From Bryobacterales bacterium (GTDB lineage: Bacteria > Acidobacteriota > Terriglobia > Bryobacterales > UBA6623): a stretch of DNA of 64,000 nucleotides. This document shows positions 30,909 through 40,907 of this stretch, piece by piece (position 1 is the stretch's first letter; every line of letters begins with the position of its first letter). Made by a program: the position numbers and the translations under genes. The notes beneath the pieces are model-generated. The model saw only the letters and a program-made list of their open reading frames with translations. It did no database searches and was not told the origin of the DNA. The stretch spans positions 32,001 to 96,000 of the forward strand of contig CAXXKD010000001.1 of the NCBI GenBank assembly GCA_963422375.2, given 5' to 3'.

Positions 30909-30922
30909 TCTGTTATAACAGA
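30909..30922. promoter_or_regulatory. Perfect 14-bp palindrome TCTGTTATAACAGA, candidate GntR/FadR operator
   Basis: AT-rich perfect palindrome between the -10 and the RBS; fits the GT-N-TA-N-AC pattern of GntR-family sites. Confidence 0.6.
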
Positions 30923-30933
30923 GGGGGGTTGTT

Positions 30934-33900
30934 ATGACCAAACTATTTCGCGCTATTCGTCTCGGGGCCGTCGCGCTGTGCATGGTCGCGCTGGCCTCGG
31001 CGCAGCAGGGTACCGGAACGATCACCGGGCTCGTCACTGACCAGCAGGGGGCCGTGATCCCCGGGGCCCAGGTCGAGGTCCGCAACACGGGGACGAACGC
31101 GGTGTTCACGACGTCGTCGAACGAGAGCGGGCTGTACGTCGCTCCGGGCATGGCGGTCGGCGAATACGAGATCGGGGTCGAGTCGGAGGGCTTCCGGCGC
31201 AGCGTGCGCTCGGGTGTCACGCTGCAGGTCGGGCAGAACGCCGAGGTCAACGTGACCTTGGAGATCGGCCAGGTCACCGAAGTGGTGGAGGTGATCGGGG
31301 AGGCTCCCTTGGTCGATACCGGCGGGGCGACCATCGGCGAGGTGATCGAGCGCAAGCGCGTTTCCGACTTGCCGATCAACGGCCGTGGCGCGCTGGCGCT
31401 GACGATGCTGACCGCCGGCGTCATCTCGAACGCCGGGCCGACGAATTCAGGCTTCGGCGACCGCGGCATCCAGCTGTCCTCGATTTCGATCAACGGCAGC
31501 CCGAACTCGATGAACGCCCAGATGCTGGACGGCAACAACAACATCCTCAGCTACGTCGGCGAGGTGGGCGTGCCGATCGCCGTCGACTCGGTCGAGGAGT
31601 TCAAGGTGCAGAGCGGAACCATGTCGTCCGAGTACGGCTACACCGCTGGCGGGGCGATCAACCTAGTGACGCGCTCGGGAACCAACCAGATCCACGGCAC
31701 GGCATACGAGTTCCTGCGCAATGACAAGGTGGACGCGCGCAATGCCTTCGCTCGGAGGCGCCTGCCTCTTCGCTATAACCAGTACGGCGCGTCGGTTGGC
31801 GGCCCTGTCGTCAGGAACCGCACCTTCGGTTTCTTCAACTGGGAGGAATACCGCCTCGCTCGCAGCAGCCCGCGCATCCGCAACGTGCCGCACCCTGACT
31901 TTCTGGTTGGAAATTTCAGCGAGCTCCGCACAGCGAAGGGAGCTTCAGTGCCGATCTACGACCCCGACACGACCCGCCCGAACCCTGACGGCGGCGGACA
32001 GGTGCGGGACCCGTATCCCGGCAACATCGTCCCGGCCTCGAAGTTCGATTCGGTCTCTCAGAATGTGATTCCGTGGTACCCTGCGCCGAACAAGACTCCG
32101 GCGAACCAGTACACCTTCGCCCAGAACTATCAGGACGCCGCCAAGAACTGGGTCAACTGGTCGCAGTGGAACACCAAGGTCGACCATCGCTTCGGCGACA
32201 CGAACTCGCTGTTCTTCCGCTACACCTCGGCGCGGCACCAGCCGTCGCGAAACGACGTGCTGATGGACCCTAATGTAGGCCGGAACCGCAACGACGACCA
32301 GACCAACCGGAACGCTGTCCTGTCCGACACACACACGTTCTCTCCGACGCTGATCAACAACTTCCGGGCAGGCGTGAGCCGGCAGCTGTTCAGGTTCGAG
32401 ACCGTTGGCGCGTTCATGGACTACGCACAGAAGATAGGGCTGCCCGACATGATCCCGGGCGACCAGGTTCCGGAATTCCGCGTGAGCAACTACCCCATCA
32501 TCGGAGGCGGCGCGCTCGGCAAGCGGAGTTCTCTGAACTGGGACGTCCAGAACGTAGTCACCAAGATCAGCGGCAACCACACGATGAAGTTCGGATTGAA
32601 TGCACGCGACCTGTACGGGGGCAATAGGCAGGGCGGCGCGCTGTCGGGATTCTTCCGCTTTGCAGGCCTTACGCAGAATCCTCAGAACCGGAAGGGCACC
32701 GGGCATGACTTGGCGTCGTTCCTGACAGGGGATGTCCAGTGGGCCGGCATCGACCGAATTCTCGGTAACTCCTGGCACGGATTCAACTGGAGCTGGTTCG
32801 TCCAGGACGACTGGAGGGTCACGCCGCGCCTCACGCTTAACATGGGCCTGCGCTGGGACTTCCAGCAGAAGCCTTACGAGCGCTACAACGGCCAGATCAA
32901 CTTCGACCCCGGCTGCACGGAACCGACATCCGGCCTGAAGGGCTGCACGGTATTCGCCGGCCTCGACGGGCAGCCTCGGACATTCATGGACGAGGACTAC
33001 AACGACTTCGGCCCGAGGCTCGGGTTCGCATACGACCTGACCGGGCAGGGAAGGACGGTCTTCCGCGGCGGCTACGGCATTTACTACGCCTCGATCTTCT
33101 TCCGTAACTTCACGGGCGACATCAACCTGTTCTCGCGAACCCGCACGACCTATCGCACGTCTAGGCCGGATGAGGCCGCCTTCCAGCTCAAGGACGGCTT
33201 CCCCCACCCGTACGCGGAGACGCCGGGCAGCTCGGCCGGCTCGGGTGCCCGCCTCGGCCAGAGCGTCTCGTTGCGCGAGTCCGACGCGACTACGCCGATC
33301 ACGCAGCAGTGGAACGCGTCCCTCCAGCATCAGACGGGCAACTGGTTTTTCGATCTCGCCTACGCAGGCAACAAGGGAAATCATTTCTCGGCTAACGGCT
33401 ACAACCTGAACCAGATTCACCCGGCGTGGCGGGCCCAGCTGCGCCAGACCTTGAACGACCGCGTTCCGAACCCGAACAAGGGCTTGGTCCCCGGCGGCCT
33501 TGGCGGCGCGAAGATCACCTACGAGCAGTACCTCAAGGCCTTCCCGCACTTTACATCGGTGTCCGTCCGCAATCCGCGCATGGGCAACTACATCTCGCAC
33601 CAGCTGCAGTTCAACATCAAGAGGCCGCTCACGGACGGACTGCTGCTCCACCTCGCCTTTACCGGGGGCAAGAAGATCAGCGACTCGACGCAGGTGCCGG
33701 TGAACTTCGGCCCCGTCGAGCAAGTCAACGAGAACGGCTACCAGGACGGGCTCTTCAACCGCCACGTCCAGCGCTCGATCGACCCGACCGACGTGGCGAA
33801 GAGGGCTGTCATCAGCGTGCTGTACGAGCTGCCGTTCGGGCGCGGCTCCGCAGGCGGCATCAACAAGCTCATCGGCGGCTGGCAGATCAACACGATCGGC

Positions 33901-34326
33901 GTCATGCAGGACGGCCTGCCCCTGATCGTGCGAGGGGCCGACAACTTCCAGGCGAACCGGCCCAATTCGACCGGAACGAGCGCCAAGCTGGACAACCCCA
34001 CCGCCGCACGCTGGTTCGATACAGACCAGTTCGTCAATCCGCCGGATTTCACCTTCGGCAACGTCGGCCGGGCGCTGCCCGACGTGCGCGCGCCAGGCAC
34101 GGTCAATTTCGACCTGTCGCTGATGAAGGACACCTTCATCGGAGAGAGGGTGAACATCCAGTTCCGCGCCGAGGCGTTCAACTTCCTGAACAGCGTGAAC
34201 CTGCGCTCGCCGAACGCGCAGTTCCGGGCCGGCCCCGACGGGTTGAACTCGTCCGCGACGTTCGCCACGATCACCGCCGCGCGCGACGCTCGAGTCATCC
34301 AGTTCGGACTGAAGGTGATCTTCTAG
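30934..34326 (+). CDS. TonB-dependent receptor
   Basis: Signal peptide (ASA-Q), GLVTDQQGAVIPGA, RSGTNQIHG, LNMGLRWD, C-terminal GLKVIF. Confidence 0.94.
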   Translation: MTKLFRAIRLGAVALCMVALASAQQGTGTITGLVTDQQGAVIPGAQVEVRNTGTNAVFTTSSNESGLYVAPGMAVGEYEIGVESEGFRRSVRSGVTLQVGQNAEVNVTLEIGQVTEVVEVIGEAPLVDTGGATIGEVIERKRVSDLPINGRGALALTMLTAGVISNAGPTNSGFGDRGIQLSSISINGSPNSMNAQMLDGNNNILSYVGEVGVPIAVDSVEEFKVQSGTMSSEYGYTAGGAINLVTRSGTNQIHGTAYEFLRNDKVDARNAFARRRLPLRYNQYGASVGGPVVRNRTFGFFNWEEYRLARSSPRIRNVPHPDFLVGNFSELRTAKGASVPIYDPDTTRPNPDGGGQVRDPYPGNIVPASKFDSVSQNVIPWYPAPNKTPANQYTFAQNYQDAAKNWVNWSQWNTKVDHRFGDTNSLFFRYTSARHQPSRNDVLMDPNVGRNRNDDQTNRNAVLSDTHTFSPTLINNFRAGVSRQLFRFETVGAFMDYAQKIGLPDMIPGDQVPEFRVSNYPIIGGGALGKRSSLNWDVQNVVTKISGNHTMKFGLNARDLYGGNRQGGALSGFFRFAGLTQNPQNRKGTGHDLASFLTGDVQWAGIDRILGNSWHGFNWSWFVQDDWRVTPRLTLNMGLRWDFQQKPYERYNGQINFDPGCTEPTSGLKGCTVFAGLDGQPRTFMDEDYNDFGPRLGFAYDLTGQGRTVFRGGYGIYYASIFFRNFTGDINLFSRTRTTYRTSRPDEAAFQLKDGFPHPYAETPGSSAGSGARLGQSVSLRESDATTPITQQWNASLQHQTGNWFFDLAYAGNKGNHFSANGYNLNQIHPAWRAQLRQTLNDRVPNPNKGLVPGGLGGAKITYEQYLKAFPHFTSVSVRNPRMGNYISHQLQFNIKRPLTDGLLLHLAFTGGKKISDSTQVPVNFGPVEQVNENGYQDGLFNRHVQRSIDPTDVAKRAVISVLYELPFGRGSAGGINKLIGGWQINTIGVMQDGLPLIVRGADNFQANRPNSTGTSAKLDNPTAARWFDTDQFVNPPDFTFGNVGRALPDVRAPGTVNFDLSLMKDTFIGERVNIQFRAEAFNFLNSVNLRSPNAQFRAGPDGLNSSATFATITAARDARVIQFGLKVIF

Positions 34327-34383
34327 GCGGGAGCGGCGACTTTGCGCGACAGGCCGGGCGGTTAGCCCGGGAGGAGAGGCAGC

Positions 34384-36342
34384 ATGGCACACAGCATGGC
34401 GAAATACCGGAAGCTCGGAGGGGCGGCACCGGCGGCCCTCCTCGCCCTGGCCCTCGCGGGCGCGCTGGCCGCCGCTCCGCGATCCGAGCCCCGGATCGCC
34501 CCCGAGGCGGAGGCGCGAGCCGAGCGTGCGCACCGGTCCCTGGAGCAGGCCCCGCCCTCCGCGGCAGAGGTGGCCGAGGCGATCACGTCGCAGGCCGCGC
34601 GGCTGCGGCCCGCAGCGGCGTCTGACGCGCCGGTGCTGCGGCGCAACTTCATCGACGAGGCGCTGTTCTCGAGAATGGAGCGGGACGGCGTGCCGCACGC
34701 GGGCTTGGCGAGCGACGGCGAGTTCCAGCGGCGGGTCTACATCGACCTGATCGGACGCATCCCGACCCTCGAGGAAGTGCTCGCCTTCGATGCGGACGGG
34801 TCCGAGGGCAAGCGCGACCGCCTGATCGACCGCCTGATCGACAGCGAGGAGTTCGTCGAGCGCTGGTCGTACTTTTTCGAGGACCTGTTCCGGGCCGGCA
34901 ACCGCATGGGTCACGGCAAGAACCTGTTTCGCTTCTGGACTCGCGAGTGGCTCGAGCTGGACCGCTCCTACGCGGACGTCGTCGCCGACCTGCTGACGCA
35001 GGGCGGCAAGAGCAGCCACTCGTCGCCGGGTGCGCTCTACTTCGCTCGCGACTTCGTCAAGGCGAAGGACGATCCCGATACTCCGGACGCGCACGACTTG
35101 GTGAACCGCGCCGATGCGATAGACGAGTTCACCATCACCTACGGCAAGGTCTTCCTAGGCCTCAACCTAGGATGCATCTCTTGCCACGACGGCGCCAACC
35201 ACCTGGAGCAGGTCAATCTCTACCTGACAAGCAAGACGCGCGAGGACTTCTTCCGGCAGGCGGCTTTCTTCGGCAGGACGCGCATGATCATGAACTGGGA
35301 GAACGGCTTCCAGGCGAACACCGAGTACACGGTGGACGACGTCGAGCCGGGCTATCCCACCCTGAGCGAGAGCATCGTGCGCGTGCCGCGCACGGGCGGC
35401 TCCAACGATCCCAAGTTCATCCTGGACGACCGCCCGCCCGATCCCGGGGAGCAACCGCGAGACGCGCTGGCGCGCCTGCTGACGGGCCACCTTCAGTTCG
35501 CTCGGGCCACGGCAAACCGCATCTGGGCGGAGCTGATGGGCGTCGGCATCGTCGAGCCCGTCGACGGGTTCGACCTAACCCGGTACTATCCCAGCGACGA
35601 CCTGCCCGACGGATGGAGCGCGCAGCCCAGCCACCCCTACCTGCTCGACGAGCTCGCCCGCGACTTCCAGGACAGCGGGTTTAGTATCAAGCAGTTGGTG
35701 CGCCGGATCGCGTCCTCGAGCGCCTACCAGCTTTCCTCCCAGTTCGCGCACGAATGGCAGCCGGCCTACGGGCGCTACTTCGCCCGGCGCAACGTGAAGC
35801 TGCTCGGCCCCGTGCAGCTGCACGACGCCCTCGTCACCGCGACCGCGGTCCCTGGTGCCTATTCCAGCGGCGGGGACGAGGTCGGCATGGCCCGCCAGGT
35901 ACTGGATCCGGCGTACGTCAAGGGCGAAGTCAGCGAGTTCCTGCGGGCGTTCGGCCAGCAGAGCCGGGACGAATTCCCGTCCCGCGTGGGTGGATCCTCC
36001 TTCCAGGCGATGCTCATGATGAATTCGAGCGCCGTGCTGGACCGCGTGCAGTCGGACGGCACGGGCCGCGTCGCGAAGCTGCTGGAGGCGCTGCAGTCGG
36101 ACCGCGTGGTCGCCTCGGCGGCTTGGAAGTCCGCGACAGGCGATGCGCCCGGTCCCGAGCAGGTCGATGCGGCCGTCCGGCGGGGCATCGTGGAGAAGCT
36201 CTATCTCTCCACTCTCTCCCGCAGGCCAGTGCCCGGCGAGATGGACGTGGCGCTGGGGGCGCTAGAATCCGATGTCGAGCAGGGCGCGGAAAACCTGCAG
36301 TGGGCACTGCTCAACAAGCCCGAATTCCTGTTCAACTACTGA
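34384..36342 (+). CDS. DUF1549/DUF1553 (PSD1) protein with one heme motif
   Basis: RNFIDE, RRVYIDLIGRIPT, CISCHD, ANRIWAELMG, PSHPYLLDELA, WALLNKPEF. Confidence 0.9.
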   Translation: MAHSMAKYRKLGGAAPAALLALALAGALAAAPRSEPRIAPEAEARAERAHRSLEQAPPSAAEVAEAITSQAARLRPAAASDAPVLRRNFIDEALFSRMERDGVPHAGLASDGEFQRRVYIDLIGRIPTLEEVLAFDADGSEGKRDRLIDRLIDSEEFVERWSYFFEDLFRAGNRMGHGKNLFRFWTREWLELDRSYADVVADLLTQGGKSSHSSPGALYFARDFVKAKDDPDTPDAHDLVNRADAIDEFTITYGKVFLGLNLGCISCHDGANHLEQVNLYLTSKTREDFFRQAAFFGRTRMIMNWENGFQANTEYTVDDVEPGYPTLSESIVRVPRTGGSNDPKFILDDRPPDPGEQPRDALARLLTGHLQFARATANRIWAELMGVGIVEPVDGFDLTRYYPSDDLPDGWSAQPSHPYLLDELARDFQDSGFSIKQLVRRIASSSAYQLSSQFAHEWQPAYGRYFARRNVKLLGPVQLHDALVTATAVPGAYSSGGDEVGMARQVLDPAYVKGEVSEFLRAFGQQSRDEFPSRVGGSSFQAMLMMNSSAVLDRVQSDGTGRVAKLLEALQSDRVVASAAWKSATGDAPGPEQVDAAVRRGIVEKLYLSTLSRRPVPGEMDVALGALESDVEQGAENLQWALLNKPEFLFNY

Positions 36343-36364
36343 CCGGAGCGAGAGGGGACCATCC

Positions 36365-37750
36365 ATGCGCACCGTTCGAGACTTGGCGCCGACTCGGCGC
36401 GACACCCTGAGGCTGGGAGCCGGGAGCCTGCTCGGCGGCCTCGTCGGCGAGGGGCTCTGGCCTGCCCGCGCCCGCGCCGCCGGCCGGTCTAATCCCCGCG
36501 GCACGGCGCGCTTCGCGATCATCGTGGAAGCGGCCGGCGCGATCAGTCACGTCGACACCTTCGATTTCAAGGAAGACGCCGGGACGCAGCCGGACTTCGA
36601 CGTCCGCGAGGCCCGGCCCGGCCTGTACGTCCCGCACCGCCTGTTCCCCAGCCTCTCGGGGCTGATGGACAGGATCGCCATCGTCCGCACATTCAAGAGC
36701 CACGAGGTAGTCCACTTTCGGGGCGAGTATTACACGCGGGCCGGCCGCCCGCTCAACCCCGCCCAGAAGGAGGAGATCCCGCCGGTCGGGACGGTGGTGG
36801 CCGCCGAGCTCGACTCGCAGAGGCGCGAGAGCGACACGTTCCCGACCTTCGTCACCTGCAACCTAGGAAATCTAGCGCTTCCGAGCGGCTTCTACCACCC
36901 CCGATTCTCCGGCCTTGATATCGATGTCGGGGCCGGTATCGGCAGCGTGGCAGCATCTGGCGACGCGCTCGCGCTGCTAGAGGAGCGGTACCGCCTGTTG
37001 GGGGATCTCGAGCGGGCGGTACGTCGCGATTTCGCCTCCCGAGGGCCGGCGATGAGCGCGTTCCGTTCGTTCCAGGAGGAGGCCTACCACGTGCTGGGCG
37101 ACTCGCGCTGGCCCCAGGCCTTGGCCATGTCCGACGCCGACAGCCAGCGCTACGGCGAGAACGATGTCGGGCGCGGCTGCCTTCTGGCGCGCAACCTCGT
37201 CATGGCGGACGCGGGCACGCGCTACGTCCACGTGAAGCACGGAGGCTGGGACCATCACAAGCGCATCTACGACCACCAGGCGGGCTCGAATCACTACAAG
37301 CACTGCAACGCCCTTGACCGGGCGCTCTTCAGCCTGATCGTGGATCTCGAGGCAGCCGTCTCCCCGCGCGACCCGGCGAAGACCCTGCTGGACGAGACGA
37401 TTATCGCCGTGCCCACCGAATTCGGGCGGGTGCCGGGCGCACTGAACGGCGTCTCGGGACGGCATCACTACAACGAGGTCTACATCGGCCTCTTCGCCGG
37501 CGGCGGCGTAAAGGGCGGCCGGATCATCGGCCGGACCGACGCGGCCGGCGAGCATGCCGTCGAGACGGGCTGGAAGCACCGCATCCAGCCCAAGACCGAG
37601 AACATAGTGGCCTCGGTGTACTCCGCGCTGGGGATCGACTGGACCAAGGAAGTCACCAACACGCCCTCCAAGCGCGTCTACCGACTGGTGGATCCGCTGG
37701 GTGCCACGGAACTCTGCGTCGCCGACGAGATCGAGGAACTATTCGTCTGA
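36365..37750 (+). CDS. DUF1501 domain protein
   Basis: TRRDTL leader; GAISHVDTFDFK; GGWDHH; TEFGRVP; GRHHY. Confidence 0.88.
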   Translation: MRTVRDLAPTRRDTLRLGAGSLLGGLVGEGLWPARARAAGRSNPRGTARFAIIVEAAGAISHVDTFDFKEDAGTQPDFDVREARPGLYVPHRLFPSLSGLMDRIAIVRTFKSHEVVHFRGEYYTRAGRPLNPAQKEEIPPVGTVVAAELDSQRRESDTFPTFVTCNLGNLALPSGFYHPRFSGLDIDVGAGIGSVAASGDALALLEERYRLLGDLERAVRRDFASRGPAMSAFRSFQEEAYHVLGDSRWPQALAMSDADSQRYGENDVGRGCLLARNLVMADAGTRYVHVKHGGWDHHKRIYDHQAGSNHYKHCNALDRALFSLIVDLEAAVSPRDPAKTLLDETIIAVPTEFGRVPGALNGVSGRHHYNEVYIGLFAGGGVKGGRIIGRTDAAGEHAVETGWKHRIQPKTENIVASVYSALGIDWTKEVTNTPSKRVYRLVDPLGATELCVADEIEELFV

Positions 37751-38559
37751 TGCGGCCGCGACCGCTTGCGGCGGCCCTGCTGGCCGCTGGGGTGGCCCTC
37801 GGCCTGCCTCGCCTCGCCGCCGAGAGCGAGACGTCCCCGCATGGAGGGGTTCCGGAAGGGATGGTCTCGATTCAGGCCGGCGACTTCGTCATGGGGCGCA
37901 CGTTCGCCACTCCCGACGACGAAACGGGCATGCGTCCCTTGGTGCTCCGCGACGACATTCCAGCCCACGCGGTGCGGCTGGACGAATTCTGGATGGACAA
38001 GACCGAGGTCACGCATGCCGCCTACGCCGAGTTCATCGCGGCGCAAGGGCACCGGGCGCCGTACCACTGGAAGGGCGGCGTCATGCCCGAGAATCTGGCC
38101 GGGCATCCGATCTACAACGTGGACTGGGCCGACGCCCGGGCCTACTGCGCATGGAGGGGCAGGCGGCTGCCGACCGAGGCCGAGTGGGAGCGCGCGGCGC
38201 GCGGGGGCCTCGATGGCATGCCCTATCCGTGGGGCGACGACAAGCCGACACCCTCGAAGGCGCGGTACTCGACCCAGCACGGGCCGGCGCCGGTCGCGCA
38301 GCACGAGCCGAACGGATTCGGGCTGCACGACATGGCGGGCGGCGTCACGGAGTGGTGCCACGACTGGTTCGAGCGGACCTATTACGCGAAGAGCCCTGAG
38401 GAGAACCCGCGAGGGCCGTCTGACGGGATGTACCGCATCGTCCGCGGGGGTGCTTGGTCGGACGGGCCGAACCGGATCACGGTCTTCTTTCGCAACTGGG
38501 TGAGGCCCAGCCAGCGCACTCCCAACCTCGGATTCCGCTGCGTGCAGTCCCCGCGTTGA
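37750..38559 (+). CDS. FGE-sulfatase (SUMF1/EgtB/PvdO) domain secreted protein
   Basis: Signal peptide; RLPTEAEWERAARGG, YPWG, NGFGLHDMAG, RGGAW, GFRC. Confidence 0.9.
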   Translation: MRPRPLAAALLAAGVALGLPRLAAESETSPHGGVPEGMVSIQAGDFVMGRTFATPDDETGMRPLVLRDDIPAHAVRLDEFWMDKTEVTHAAYAEFIAAQGHRAPYHWKGGVMPENLAGHPIYNVDWADARAYCAWRGRRLPTEAEWERAARGGLDGMPYPWGDDKPTPSKARYSTQHGPAPVAQHEPNGFGLHDMAGGVTEWCHDWFERTYYAKSPEENPRGPSDGMYRIVRGGAWSDGPNRITVFFRNWVRPSQRTPNLGFRCVQSPR

Positions 38560-38604
38560 CTCTCCGGCGAGTACGGCGCTGATCGCGGGAGCCCCCTTGG
38601 GCGC

Positions 38605-39918
38605 GTGCTTGCGAGAGACGTGACAGTGGCTGCAGGCCCGGTGCCGAATGTTCGCTGGTGGGTTTCCGCGCTGCTGTTCGCATCCACCGTGATCAACTAC
38701 ATCGACCGCCAGACCCTCTCGGTTCTGGCGGCCGAGATTAGCGGCGATCTGGGGCTCTCGGATGTCGAGTACGCCCGCATCGTCCAGGCGTTCCTTGTTT
38801 GCTACGCCGCTATGTACCTCGCTTGGGGGCGCATCATCGACCGCTGGGGCACGCGGGCTGCGCTTGCCTTCTCGATGGTCTGGTGGTCTCTCGCGAACGC
38901 AGGCCATGCCTTCTCGCGGGACGCCTTGGGACTGGGCCTCTTCCGGGCCCTGCTCGGACTGGGCGAGTCAGGGAACTTCTTGGCTGCGGAGAAGGCGATC
39001 TCGGAATGGTTCCCCGCACGTGAACGCGGCCTGGCCAACGGCCTGGTCAACGCGGCGGCCTCCACCGGCGCGATCTTGGCCCCGCCGCTGGTCGTGCTCG
39101 TCTTCTCCGTGTGGGGGTGGCGGGTCGCGTTCGTGGTTACTGGGGCGATGGGCTTCATCTGGCTGGTGCCGTGGCTCCGCTGGTACTGGACCCCGGAGCG
39201 CCATCCGCGGCTCACGGACGAGGAGCGCGTCCTGGTGGCCGAGGGTCGGGGCAGCACGGCTCGTGGCAAGCTGCGCTGGCTCGGGCTCTTCGCGTGGCGC
39301 CAGACCTGGGCGCTGCTGCTGGCTCGGTTCCTGTCCGACCCGGTTTGGTGGTTCTACGTCTTCTGGTTCCCGAAGTACCTGAGCGAGGCGCACGGCTTCG
39401 GCATCGTCGCCGTCGGGCTGACCGCTTGGGTGCCGTTCCTAGCCGCCGACATAGGCGCCCTTGCCGGCGGCTGGCTGTCCGGGCGGCTGGTCCGCAGGGG
39501 CGTGGACCCGGTGAGCGCCCGCAAGTGGGTCATGCTGCCGGCCGCCGCGGCGATGCCGCTCAGCCTAGCCGTGCCCGCCAGAGAGTCCTCGGTCGCGGCC
39601 GTGGGGCTCGTCTGCTGCCTCACGCTGGCACACATGGCGTGGAAGTCCAACCTGATGACCTTGACGAACGACATCTACCCGACGGCCGTCGTCGGTTCCG
39701 CGGCGGGAATCGTCGGCCTCGGCAGCTCCCTCGGGGGATTCGTCTTCGCCGGCATCACGGGAGCCGTCGTCGAGCGCCATTCCTACGGCGCCGTTTTCTT
39801 CGCCATGGGGTTCCTGCACCCTGTCGCGCTCTGCGTACTGCAGGCCTTGGGCAAGGGCAGCTTGGCGCGCAGCGCACGGGAACGGGAGGACGACCGATTC
39901 GATGCCATATCCCGCTAG
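38605..39918 (+). CDS. MFS transporter (ExuT/hexuronate-like)
   Basis: VINYIDRQTLS, LGLGESGNF, EWFPARERGLA, RFLSDPVWWFY; many hydrophobic segments. Confidence 0.88.
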   Translation: MLARDVTVAAGPVPNVRWWVSALLFASTVINYIDRQTLSVLAAEISGDLGLSDVEYARIVQAFLVCYAAMYLAWGRIIDRWGTRAALAFSMVWWSLANAGHAFSRDALGLGLFRALLGLGESGNFLAAEKAISEWFPARERGLANGLVNAAASTGAILAPPLVVLVFSVWGWRVAFVVTGAMGFIWLVPWLRWYWTPERHPRLTDEERVLVAEGRGSTARGKLRWLGLFAWRQTWALLLARFLSDPVWWFYVFWFPKYLSEAHGFGIVAVGLTAWVPFLAADIGALAGGWLSGRLVRRGVDPVSARKWVMLPAAAAMPLSLAVPARESSVAAVGLVCCLTLAHMAWKSNLMTLTNDIYPTAVVGSAAGIVGLGSSLGGFVFAGITGAVVERHSYGAVFFAMGFLHPVALCVLQALGKGSLARSAREREDDRFDAISR

Positions 39919-39961
39919 CAGGTCCCGGACGGGCCCCTCGCGCCCCGGCGACGGGCAGAGG

Positions 39962-40708
39962 ATGTCCGACTTCGTCTACGGCGAGGTGCTTCGTGCGATC
40001 CTCGACCACGGCTACCGTCCGGGCGAGCGCCTTTCGATTCCCGACATCGCTCGCAGCCTTGATGTGAGCCAGATGCCGGTGCGCCAGGCGATCGACCGCC
40101 TCAGCGAGGAAGGGCTGGTCGATATCCGGCCCCGCAGCGGCACCTTCGTCACGCAGGCGGACGAGCGGGAGGTCGCCGAGACCTTCGATATCCGACGGGC
40201 CTTGGACCGCTTGGCGGCCGAGACTGCCGTGCTGAACGTATGCGCCCAAGACCTCGAGGAGCTCGAAGGGCTGGTACGACACATGGACCGCTGCGCGACA
40301 CGGGGAACCGCGGGCATGGCAAGCCACGACCGCGCCAACTGGGAGTTCCACCTGCTGATCGTGCGGCTGTCCGCCAACGAGAAGCTCTACGAGATGTACC
40401 AGCAGCTGAACGCGCACCTCCAGATTGCCAGCATCCACGTGTCCAGCCGAGACTGGGCCTCGCGCGTGCCGATTGCCCAGGCGGAGCACCGGGCGATGGT
40501 GGAAGCGTTGCGGGAGCGCTCGGCGAGAGACCTCGCGGCGGCTCTCGCCGCGCACGTCGACAGAGCCAAGCTGGCTCTGATCGGCGATATCCGCGCCGTA
40601 CGCGAATCGTCCGCCCCGACCGCGCTCCAGGGCCTTGACAAGCAAGGCGCTTCTCCGATCGCTCCGGAGCAGGCGGTCGCGCCGGTCGGCGTGCGACGGC
40701 GGGGCTAG
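39962..40708 (+). CDS. GntR family regulator with FCD domain
   Basis: YRPGERL...LDVSQMPVRQAI...PRSGTFV winged HTH; EFH and EH motifs. ATG 39902 is an alternative start. Confidence 0.9.
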   Translation: MSDFVYGEVLRAILDHGYRPGERLSIPDIARSLDVSQMPVRQAIDRLSEEGLVDIRPRSGTFVTQADEREVAETFDIRRALDRLAAETAVLNVCAQDLEELEGLVRHMDRCATRGTAGMASHDRANWEFHLLIVRLSANEKLYEMYQQLNAHLQIASIHVSSRDWASRVPIAQAEHRAMVEALRERSARDLAAALAAHVDRAKLALIGDIRAVRESSAPTALQGLDKQGASPIAPEQAVAPVGVRRRG

Positions 40709-40907
40709 AATGAGGCTTGGTGCGTAGCCCGGTGTCTACTGACGGCGGGTGTGCGGGGCTGCCAGCTGGCCGGTTGAAATGGCGGCGCTGAACTCCGCAC
40801 GCGACGCCACAGGCGTTCGTCCGTGGGGTCGTGCTTGGATCCCCGCGCCGCGCACCCGCCCAGGCCCCGTGTGCGGCCAGCTGCTTGGACGTCCCACGTC
40901 CCATTCG

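Noticed and set aside
31945..35094. 1049-aa minus-strand ORF, and similar long antisense ORFs (8602-9966, 27823-29556, 52550-54253)
   Set aside because: These are shadow frames overlapping well-supported genes in high-GC DNA, with no recognisable motifs.
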